Source: Calditrichia bacterium
Lineage (GTDB): Bacteria > Calditrichota > Calditrichia > JAJRVZ01
Reading direction: 5' to 3'
Assembly: GCA_963796965.1 (NCBI GenBank)
Contig: CAWCNS010000004.1
Location: 544,001-608,000, forward strand
Length of the DNA: 64,000 nucleotides
Positions 55,901 through 64,000 of this stretch are shown here, one piece after another. The number at the start of each line of letters is the position of its first letter. Positions within the stretch are counted from its first letter, which is position 1. The notes beneath the pieces were generated by a model. The model was not told where the DNA came from. It did no database searches and saw only the letters and a list, made by a program, of their open reading frames with translations. The position numbers and the translations under genes are program-made.

Positions 55901-56792
55901 GAGTTTTTTGAAAATGTCGGTACATGTGAAGCACATCTTGGCCTTGCCTACTACGGACAGGGGAATGAAATCGAGCAGGCTGTAGCGGCGGCTACAGGAG
56001 CAGATGTGGCAATTATTTGTGCTGGATTAAGAGAAACTCTCGAAGGTGAAGGTAATGATCGCGAAGATCTGGCATTGCCTAAGGATCAAATCGAACTTAT
56101 CATGAAAGTTGCAAATGCGAATCCGGCTACTGTTGTTGTTCTCTATAATGCCACACCCATCTTAATGAATGAATGGATTGACCGGGTACCCGTGATCGTT
56201 GAGGCTTTCTATCCAGGCCAGGAAGGAGGCCATGCCTTGGCCGATATTATCTTTGGTGATGTGAATCCTTCGGGAAAGCTGCCCTTGACCTTTATAAACC
56301 AATGGGAAGATTCTCCGGTTTATTCAACTTATCCTGGCAAGAAAGAGGAAGTGGATTATAAAGAAGGCATCTTTGTAGGATATCGTCATTTTGAAAAAGT
56401 TACAAAAGATCCATTGTTCCCGTTTGGATATGGCCTGTCATATACGACGTTTAACTATCAGGATTTGGATATTCAAACCCTTTCGAGAGGTGATAAGACT
56501 CTGATTCAAATTGAGGCCTCTGTAAAAAATACCGGTGATATGGCGGGTGATGAAGTAATACAGCTCTACGTTCAGCGTCCTAATGATATTAGTGAAGGGG
56601 CTTAAGAAATTTTCACGGATCGGTCTAAATCCGGGAGAAACAAAAAAAGTTAGCTTTATGTTAGATAAATCTGCCTGGTCTTTTTATGATATTTCAAGTG
56701 GAAAATGGATGGTTAAAAAAGGGACTTATAGGATTTTTATTGGCAGCTCATCTGAGGATATAAGATTAAAAGGTGATGTTTACATAAATTAA
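52921..56792 (+). CDS. DUF4434-like GH domain fused to a GH3-PA14-Fn3 beta-glycosidase; apparent defects at ~52954 (TGA), ~52981 (+1) and ~56590 (+1)
   Basis: Signal peptide MRKLGKF..LIPVFA reconstructed upstream of ORF 53234. DUF4434-like motifs QWREMLRAMNEIGMNIIVIQ, HPSFYGWYISEE and FWMDLETF. GH3 motifs MTLSEKV, VVSDWG, EGEGNDR and PLFPFGYGLSYT. Tail LKKFSRIGLNPGETKKV..GSSSEDIR. Confidence 0.85.
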
Positions 56793-56862
56793 TTACTTGA
56801 ATATTTTTTTTCTGTCCCGAAAAAAACACCGGATTCTGCTTACATCTTTTAAGGGAGTACCT

Positions 56863-58670
56863 ATGTTTATAAAGATAAACAGAATAGTAATTCAAATAAT
56901 CAGAGAAAGCATAAAACACATGATCTTCAATAGGCTTTTAATCAGTTCGTCTTTTTTAATATCATTGCTGGCTTCTGCAAATGCACAGGACGTCACTCCC
57001 TTCGATATTCGTGAAATGCTGCAATCCGATATGATAGAGGGACTCTATCATCGTACGTACCAAAGTCTGTGTGACCGGGTAGATAATGACGGTTTCTTAC
57101 AGGAATCGCTAACCGGCAGGTACCCCGGAATGTTTCCACGTACGGTTGGCGGCGCTGTTTCCCTATTCCTTGAGACCGAAGAGTTCGAAATAGCAGAAAA
57201 AATTATCAATTGTACATTAGAGGCCACAGTTGTCAATGAAATGGAGAGAATTCCGCATGTCTTTCTCAGAAAGAAAAATAATCTGCAACCGGTTTATAGC
57301 GGGAAAGCTCATCTGCAACCGGCAGCGGATATAATTGTTTTAGATCTGGGAAAGGGACATAACACAGCAGTTAAATTTCATGCTCCTGAAAAACCACTTC
57401 TTGCCGTTGAAACTGCCGTAAAACTGGGTGCATGTAAGGGAGAACTAACGATGACGATCAGGGAGGGGCTGGATACTAAACCTCTCATATCGGTATCACT
57501 GAAGGCGAAACAGATTCTTCCGGGGCAAATCTGGCAGCGTTTTGAATTTGAACAAGCCTTGGTATTGCAAACCGGTAAGGACTATTATATACGACTTGAT
57601 TTTAATGGTTTTGGATATCCAAAATGGTATGGATTAGAGGACGATTCAGAAAGCACAACTGAAGTATTTTTGTTTGATGCCACCTCGGAGAAACCCTCCT
57701 GGACAAATGAGGGCAATGTCTTGCCAGCTTATGCTATTGACTGTGGTGAGCTGCGCCATGAACAACAAGCAGAACCCTATGAAATTTATTGCGACTGGGA
57801 TCAGATTGATGGCCAGGCTCATGTTATTATGGCATGGGCCCGGCTGGCGCTGCTGCGTGGACAAACTGATTTTGAGGAGCAGACTTATCCTCTTTTGGCA
57901 AAGTTAATGGATCGTACATCTGATCAACCTTATTTTATGTGGGGCCGGGGACATGAAATCAGCCTAAATCTAATTCAGAATATTTCCTTTGAACATTCAC
58001 GTGAAGGGCGGTACTGGCATACCTGGGATTTGCTAACTCAATGCGTTGTGGGTGCTTCACTTGAAACAATGATCCAAATTGCTGAAAGACGGGGAGATTC
58101 AAAACATTCGCTTCGCTGGCAGGATAGGCTTCAGGTTCTTAAAAAAGGAATTGATAAAAATCTGACACGAATCGTTGAAGGTAAGAAAGTATATCTTGAA
58201 ATGCGTCTCCCAAACTCTGCCGGTGGTGTTCCTTATACCGGGATGAGCTGGGTTAACTTTGCCCAATTATGTCGCAATGGAATCCACTTGGAAAGGAAGT
58301 AATGCGCAACACGGTCGAGCTTATGAAACAAAAATTATTGTTACCTTATAAGAATTTTAAGTATCTGGCCATGGAATATGATCCTGATGGCAAAGTAAAT
58401 TCCAGGTGGATTATTGGTAAAGGGATTGGATGGGAAATTGAATATGCCCGGCAAGAAAAAGAGTATGGACGTATAATGGAATGGTTGACTTTTTTAGAAG
58501 CCTTTCATACAGGTGATTTATTCAGTGAATCCATGTATCTTAATGATGAGAATCGGTGGCTAACGGGCGATGGTGGGAATGGAGAACAAAGCACCTGGTG
58601 GTGCTGGGCAGTGGCCCGGTTGAGGAAAGAGGTGGGGCTCCCTGTGATTAGCTCTGAATTGGTGCGATAG
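56863..58670 (+). CDS. Secreted hypothetical (alpha/alpha)6 glycosidase-like protein with an inserted beta-sandwich; apparent -1 frameshift at ~58263
   Basis: RBS AGGGAG before ATG 56863 (ATG 56920 is an alternative) and signal peptide ..ASANA. Motifs ESLTGRYPGMFPRT, WDQIDGQAH, FEHSREGRYW..WDLLTQ and GDGGNGEQSTWW. The join reads NFA(P)IMSQWNP. Confidence 0.6.
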
Positions 58671-58710
58671 TACCTGTTATTAATACAAAAGAAAAAAGAC
58701 AAAAACTGGT

Positions 58711-58958
58711 CCACTAATTTCACGAATTGCTCAAAAAGAAGTACTATATACTTTTATAAGACAATGGCAATAAATACTATGACTTTACGAAAATTTATGT
58801 AGTATAAGATCGAGAAAATCAGGACAAAAAAATTGATATTTTAGATGAAAAAGTGATAAAAAGAACATAATCCAATTCCGGAGGAATTGAATATGAATAA
58901 CCCCGAATATAATTCGGGGAATATTAGAACAAGAGAGTCTCAACTCTGAAGGAGTTGA
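58711..58958. repeat. Solo CACGAAT left arm plus a three-hairpin IS200/REP-like unit
   Basis: ccactaatttcacgaatt (58711-58728); caattcc-gga-ggaattg (58873-58889); ccccgaat-ata-attcgggg (58901-58919); tcaactc-tgaag-gagttga (58940-58958). Confidence 0.75.
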
Positions 58959-59053
58959 ATAATTAAAAGTATGATAAGGTATTGAAAATAAATATATTAA
59001 AGAAAATAAATTGATAAACTTTTGACATTATTGGATTTAAAACTGGAGAATAT

Positions 59054-62000
59054 ATGAAAATGCCAAGAATATACTTGTTATTATTTTCTCAATTTATGCT
59101 ATTTACCTCGCCTGTTCAATCCCAGGAGAATTTGGAAATAAACTTTAAAAACCCTCCCATGGACTGTCGGCCGCACACCTACTGGTGGTGGCCGGGAAAT
59201 GCGGTGACAGCAGAAGAGATTACCTGGGAACTTGAACAGATGAAGGAAAAGGGTCTTGGTGGCGTTTTGGTTACCAGTGCAGCGCCGGAGGTTTATGAAA
59301 AAGGCAATATTCCCTTCCTCTCAGATAAACATCTGGCAATGCTCCGACATACAGTGGATGAAGCAAAACGCCTGGGCTTGGAGGTAAATTTAAATTTTGC
59401 CGTTGGCTGGGTGTTCGGTGGATTTTGGGTTGAACCGGAAGACCGGGCCCAAAGCCTGGTTCCTGTTGCTATTGATATTCATGGTCCGACATTATATACC
59501 AGTGAATTACCGAAATTCGCCAAAGCAGGTGATCGGCGTCATGAACTTAGTATTGAAAATATCCCTGACATCAATAAACTTGTTGCGGTTATTGCTGCAA
59601 AAACAGAGGGAGATAAAATTTTAAGAAGCACACTTCTCGACCTGACGGCGAAGGTAAAAGATGACCGCATTATCTGGCAGGTACCTGAAGGCCACTGGCG
59701 CCTGATGGTCTTCTGGTTAAAACCGACTGGACAGATTTCCAATTATGTTAAGGATACCTCGGTCCGGCATTATAGTGTCGATCATTTTAGTAAAACGGCT
59801 ATGCAGAATTATTGCGATTTTCTGGGAAAAAAATATTTCGATGTTCTTGGTGATGAGTTTGGTAAAACAGTAGAGGCAGTACATTGTGATAGCTGGGAAC
59901 TTGCCAATTTACCCAACGGCATTTACTGGAGTGATAGCCTGATGAGCAAGTTCCGGCAGATGAAGGGTTATGATCTGGCCAAATATCTGCCTGCAATTTG
60001 GTGGGATGTTGCAGATATTTCACCAAAAATCCGTTATGATGTAAATGAATTTATTCATGAAGTTGGAATGGAGACCCACTTTAAAACTTTTATAGACTGG
60101 TGCGACGCCCATGGGGTTAACGGAAGTACGGAACCAATCGGTTATCCTATGGATATCCTTAAGGCAGCGGGTATGTCGCATCTTCCTATGAATGAAGTAA
60201 CCCCCGGCGAAAAAGATGGAGTTCCCTGGTTCGATACCCGGATTAATGTAAAAAAATATGTTACTTCTGGTGCTCATATTTATGATCGCAATGTGGTTGG
60301 TGTGGAGGCCTATACCTTCATCCACTGGGAGTTATACCGCGCTACTTTGGAGGAGCTTAAAATATCCTCAGATGGTTTCCTTCGCACCGGGGCAAATAAA
60401 TTTTACAATCATGGATATTCCTATTCCCCGGAACGAGAACCAACTCCCTCCAGATCAATTCCTTTTGCAGCCCGGATATCTCATCCAAATATTTGGTGGA
60501 AATATTACCCGTTGCTGGCCGATTATGTGGGTCGATGCAGTTATTTACTACGGCAGGGCAATTTTTCCCCTGATATTGCAATCTATTCTCCCCTTGCTAA
60601 TCAATGGACTTTGAATGTGCTGAACGGCCGAAAGTGGACGAGGGAATTTTATTGGGGGGATCTTGGTAAATTTATTGTGGCAAATGGATACGACTTCGAC
60701 TTGTTAAATGACGAAGCCTTACAAAAGATGGCCGTGATTGAGGATGGGAAAATAAAAATCCGGAGTCTGGAATATAAGATTTTGATCATGCCTAATATAA
60801 AGGCTTTACCGCTTGAAACGATGCAATTTATCAAGAAATACATTGAGGCTGGTGGTGTGGTCATCGCTCTTGAATCGCTGCCTGAAAGTTCGGTGGGTTT
60901 GGATGATTATGTGCGGAATGATGAAGCTGTTAGATCTATTTGTAGCGATCTTTTTCCGGAGAAGGATGGAAAAAGTCCTAAAAAATACGGACAAGGTGTC
61001 ACATATTTTATGAAATTAGTTATCAACCGCCAGGAAGTCCTGGATTGGCAAAGCAGTGCCTTAGATCCCTTTGTCAATGCAATGCGCAAACACTATCCAC
61101 CAGATTTTTCAATCGATTTTGTGAAGGAAGGCTTGAGAGAAAATAATGGATTAAGCTTTCTGCATCGAAAAGCAGATGAAATGGATATTTATTTTGTTTC
61201 TAATATTCAGGACAGAGCGATTGATCTTCCTGTCACTTTTCGTATTGGTAATAAGGTCCCCTGGGAGTGGAATCCTTATAATGGCGAAATATTACCTATC
61301 TTATGCTATGAGCAAACCGAAGCGGGCATAAATATCCCACTTAAACTCTCCTCGTTTGAATCCACTTTCATCGTTTTCAGAGATGGGGAAAGGAATAGTG
61401 TAAAAAGTTCAGATCTTTACAAAATATCAGGAATTAATGAAGATAGAATTGAGGCCCTAGCAGATAAAAATGGTACTTTCCATATTGTTCTAAATCAAAA
61501 CAAGTCTGATATTACTGAAGCAGTAACAGTAAAGGATATCCCTGCTCCATTTGTTATCTCCGGTACATGGAAATTAACTTTTGATGGGGATGATTCGGCG
61601 CTACCAGAAACTTCTCTTTCCCGTCTGGAATCCTGGACAGATAATGATCAAACCCGGCATTTTAGTGGTACTGGAAACTATGAAATTAACTTTAATCTGC
61701 CACAGGAATATATATCTAATGATCATCTCCTTCAGCTGGATCCGGGCAAAGTGGGCAATATAGCTGAAATTGAAATAAATGGTGTCAAAGCAGGAATTAC
61801 CTGGATGCGTGAGCAGACTCTTGATGTGACAGAATTGCTAAAACCAGGCGCAAATAATCTGAAGATTTCTGTAACAAATACATTAATCAACAAGGTTTCT
61901 GCCATGGAAAAAGCGCCGCCAGTACCATCTCATCTCATTTCCCATTACGGGAGTGGAACCACAGACTACGCAGCTGGAAGACAACGGACGATGGAGATGG

Positions 62001-62098
62001 GATTTGAACCATTACCGCCATCAGGCTTGATGGGTCCTGTTAAGATCACGGTACTAAAGAAAATCAATTTTCAATATTCAACAGTCAATAATCAATGA
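59054..62098 (+). CDS. GH106-family glycoside hydrolase (alpha-L-rhamnosidase-like)
   Basis: FKNPP..RPHTYWWWPGNAVT.EEITWELEQMKEKGLGG, GWVFGGFWV, VDHFSK, HCDSWE, GYDFDLLN, YFVSN and the C-terminal PSGLMGPV. Confidence 0.88.
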   Translation: MKMPRIYLLLFSQFMLFTSPVQSQENLEINFKNPPMDCRPHTYWWWPGNAVTAEEITWELEQMKEKGLGGVLVTSAAPEVYEKGNIPFLSDKHLAMLRHTVDEAKRLGLEVNLNFAVGWVFGGFWVEPEDRAQSLVPVAIDIHGPTLYTSELPKFAKAGDRRHELSIENIPDINKLVAVIAAKTEGDKILRSTLLDLTAKVKDDRIIWQVPEGHWRLMVFWLKPTGQISNYVKDTSVRHYSVDHFSKTAMQNYCDFLGKKYFDVLGDEFGKTVEAVHCDSWELANLPNGIYWSDSLMSKFRQMKGYDLAKYLPAIWWDVADISPKIRYDVNEFIHEVGMETHFKTFIDWCDAHGVNGSTEPIGYPMDILKAAGMSHLPMNEVTPGEKDGVPWFDTRINVKKYVTSGAHIYDRNVVGVEAYTFIHWELYRATLEELKISSDGFLRTGANKFYNHGYSYSPEREPTPSRSIPFAARISHPNIWWKYYPLLADYVGRCSYLLRQGNFSPDIAIYSPLANQWTLNVLNGRKWTREFYWGDLGKFIVANGYDFDLLNDEALQKMAVIEDGKIKIRSLEYKILIMPNIKALPLETMQFIKKYIEAGGVVIALESLPESSVGLDDYVRNDEAVRSICSDLFPEKDGKSPKKYGQGVTYFMKLVINRQEVLDWQSSALDPFVNAMRKHYPPDFSIDFVKEGLRENNGLSFLHRKADEMDIYFVSNIQDRAIDLPVTFRIGNKVPWEWNPYNGEILPILCYEQTEAGINIPLKLSSFESTFIVFRDGERNSVKSSDLYKISGINEDRIEALADKNGTFHIVLNQNKSDITEAVTVKDIPAPFVISGTWKLTFDGDDSALPETSLSRLESWTDNDQTRHFSGTGNYEINFNLPQEYISNDHLLQLDPGKVGNIAEIEINGVKAGITWMREQTLDVTELLKPGANNLKISVTNTLINKVSAMEKAPPVPSHLISHYGSGTTDYAAGRQRTMEMGFEPLPPSGLMGPVKITVLKKINFQYSTVNNQ

Positions 62099-62104
62099 TC
62101 AATT
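62064..62104. repeat. 7-nt periodic TCAANNN tandem repeat overlapping the GH106 3' end
   Basis: tcaa at 62064, 62071, 62078, 62085, 62092 and 62099. Confidence 0.8.
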
Positions 62105-62223
62105 AGAAATGTTAACTATTTAAAAAAATGCCGAGTTCACCGAGAACCTATGGCTCACACTTTTGGCGAGCTACAGATTGAGGCTGTTAATCTAAATGTT
62201 GTGATTGTTTCCATTAATAATTT

Positions 62224-62295
62224 CACCACGAAGATCACGAAGAGCACGAAGAAACAGTTATTAAGTAAACTTGTTCCGAAGGAGTCCCTTCGGGA
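62224..62295. repeat. Solo CACGAAG-periodic left arm plus a short hairpin
   Basis: cacgaag at 62227, 62236 and 62245 (period 9); ttccgaagg-agtc-ccttcggga (62274-62295). Confidence 0.75.
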
Positions 62296-62419
62296 GTGGT
62301 AAAATCATAAAGACATTTAAAGCATTAAAAAGATATTTACCGATTGGCTGTTAAGCCAGATTTTTTGTGACATTAACATGGACTAGGAAATCACTATCTA
62401 TTTATATATGGAGAGAAAA

Positions 62420-64000
62420 ATGTTTAATTACCGAAAAATGATTGTTCTAACTTTAATTTTGTTTATTGGATGTACGACATCCAGTGAGAAAAAAGAGCCC
62501 GTTGATTATGTTGATCTTTTTCTAGGCACATCAAGCTCACGCTGGATGCTTTATCCAGGTCCAAGTATGCCTTTCGGGATGGTTAAACTTAGTCCTGATA
62601 ATAGCGATGAATGGGCTTTTGATGCAGGATATGAATATACCATTGAAAGTGTTTCAGGATTTGGGCATGTCCATTCCTGGGCAATGGGAAGCTTCCTTAC
62701 GATGCCTACAACTGGTCCGCTAAAGATCCAGGCGGGTCGGAATGATGATCCGGATAGTGGTTATCGTTCAAGAATCAGCCATGATCAGGAAAGCGCCTCA
62801 CCCGGCTATTATTCAGTATATTTGCAGGACTATGATATCCAGGCCGAACTCACCGCCACAACACGGACCGGTTTTCAGCGTTATACCTTTCCAGAAATAA
62901 ATGAGGGTAGGATCCTTTTTGATCTGCAGATTCCGGAAGAAATGATGACACGTATCATCGAAGCATCCATAGAAAAAATAAGTGACCAGGAAATAGCAGG
63001 TTATGTTAAACGCGTATCAAACTGGAATGAATATACGCTCCACTTTGTTGCCCGGTTTAACAGGGATTTTGAATCAATGGGTGGATGGAAGGGCGAAGAA
63101 ATTATAGAAGGAATTAATCAGATTTCCATCGCGGAAGACAAAGATATCGGTGCATTTATAAATTTTTCTCTTCAGAAAGATCAGCAAGTGCTCATGAAGA
63201 CGGGCATTTCTTTCGTAAGTATCGATCAGGCACGTTTAAATATGGAGATGGAAACGAATGCCCTCGGCTGGGATTTTGATGCCGTCCATCAGTCAACACG
63301 GAAAGTCTGGAATGATCTTTTAAAAAAGATAAAGGTTGAAGGTGGCAGCGAAACTGAAAAAGTAAAGTTTTACACAAATATGTACCGCTCATATAATGCC
63401 CGTACACTCTTCAGTGATGTAAATGGAAAATATATGGACATGTGTGAAGAAGTCCGTCAATTAGAAGATCCGCAGTCACCGGTCTACGGTTGTGACGCTT
63501 TCTGGAACACGTTCTGGAATCTTAACCAGCTCTGGTCATTAATCACTCCGGACGTTACAAATAAATGGGTAAGTTCTCTTTTAGAAATATATGATCGTGG
63601 GGGCTGGCTGGCGAAAGGGCCCGGTGGTATTGAATATTCCAGTATTATGGTCGCATCTCATGAAATTCCTCTGATAGTTGCGGCTTATCAAAAGGGTATC
63701 CGGAATTATGATGTTGAAAAGGCTTATAAAGCGATCCGGGAGATCCAGACAATTCCAGGGCAAGCGCATCCCTGTGGTGGTTGGGTAGGTAATCATAATC
63801 TTAAATCATATATGAGAATGGGCTATGTGCCTGCAGAGGAGGGACCTGTATCGAATACACTTGAATATGCCTATGACGACTGGTGTGTGGCACAGTTTGC
63901 GAAGGCGTTAGGAAAGGTAGACGATTATCAATATTTTATGAAACGGTCGCAATATTATAAAAATGTGTTTGATCCTGTTACCGGATATGTCCGTCCAAAA
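62420..64000 (+). CDS. GH92 alpha-mannosidase family lipoprotein, 3'-partial (absent from the ORF track because it has no stop in the window)
   Basis: RBS GGAG, ATG 62420, MFNYRKMIVLTLILFIGC. Motifs PVDYVDLFLGT, PFGMVKLSPD, ASPGYYSV.L..YDI.AELTAT.RTG, FYTNMYR and VSNTLEYAYDDWC, all in one frame. Confidence 0.92.
   Translation, partial: MFNYRKMIVLTLILFIGCTTSSEKKEPVDYVDLFLGTSSSRWMLYPGPSMPFGMVKLSPDNSDEWAFDAGYEYTIESVSGFGHVHSWAMGSFLTMPTTGPLKIQAGRNDDPDSGYRSRISHDQESASPGYYSVYLQDYDIQAELTATTRTGFQRYTFPEINEGRILFDLQIPEEMMTRIIEASIEKISDQEIAGYVKRVSNWNEYTLHFVARFNRDFESMGGWKGEEIIEGINQISIAEDKDIGAFINFSLQKDQQVLMKTGISFVSIDQARLNMEMETNALGWDFDAVHQSTRKVWNDLLKKIKVEGGSETEKVKFYTNMYRSYNARTLFSDVNGKYMDMCEEVRQLEDPQSPVYGCDAFWNTFWNLNQLWSLITPDVTNKWVSSLLEIYDRGGWLAKGPGGIEYSSIMVASHEIPLIVAAYQKGIRNYDVEKAYKAIREIQTIPGQAHPCGGWVGNHNLKSYMRMGYVPAEEGPVSNTLEYAYDDWCVAQFAKALGKVDDYQYFMKRSQYYKNVFDPVTGYVRPK

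Noticed and set aside
7700..58300. Programmed ribosomal frameshifting or phase variation at the split genes
   Set aside because: There is no shared slippery sequence or repeat tract, positions are arbitrary within domains, and the +1 bias fits sequencing error.
20322..62295. CRISPR array interpretation of the periodic repeats
   Set aside because: Units are 7-10 nt with no unique 30-40 nt spacers, the arms are inverted and dispersed, and there are no cas genes.
832..63796. Numerous 60-160 aa minus-strand and alternate-frame ORFs
   Set aside because: They overlap long, motif-bearing + strand genes and show no recognisable domains, so they are shadow ORFs.
1..64000. tRNA, rRNA, riboswitch or specific promoter calls
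   Set aside because: No recognisable conserved RNA motifs, and the AT-rich spacers give too many chance -10/-35 matches to support any call.

Overview
About 31 genes, all on the + strand, form an uninterrupted 64-kb array of mostly secreted or lipoprotein glycan-degrading enzymes. These include 2x GH92, 2x GH78, GH106, GH51, 2x GH3-PA14 (one fused to a DUF4434-like domain), a GH33-like BNR protein, several (alpha/alpha)6 and TIM-barrel proteins of unknown family, a sulfatase, three phosphoesterases, an esterase, two amidohydrolases, an AGE epimerase and one sugar-porter MFS. I see no SusC/SusD pair, regulator, housekeeping gene or RNA gene. Many genes have GGAG/GAGG Shine-Dalgarno motifs, which suggests a non-Bacteroidota FCB-like lineage (inference only). 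About 18 single-base frameshifts (15 are +1) split many genes and look like long-read consensus errors. The most striking non-coding signal is that nearly every longer intergenic spacer holds a structured palindromic element, from at least 6 distinct families. These are 9-nt-periodic inverted arms around AT-rich loops, 7-nt-periodic arms, GTCATCCTGAAC-type hairpins, CCCC/GGGG hairpins and IS200/REP-like hairpins. They are often nested, and in two cases matching arms are separated by whole genes. One REP-associated (Y1/HUH) tyrosine transposase with an internal REP lies inside the array. All family assignments come from motif recognition by eye, not from database searches.
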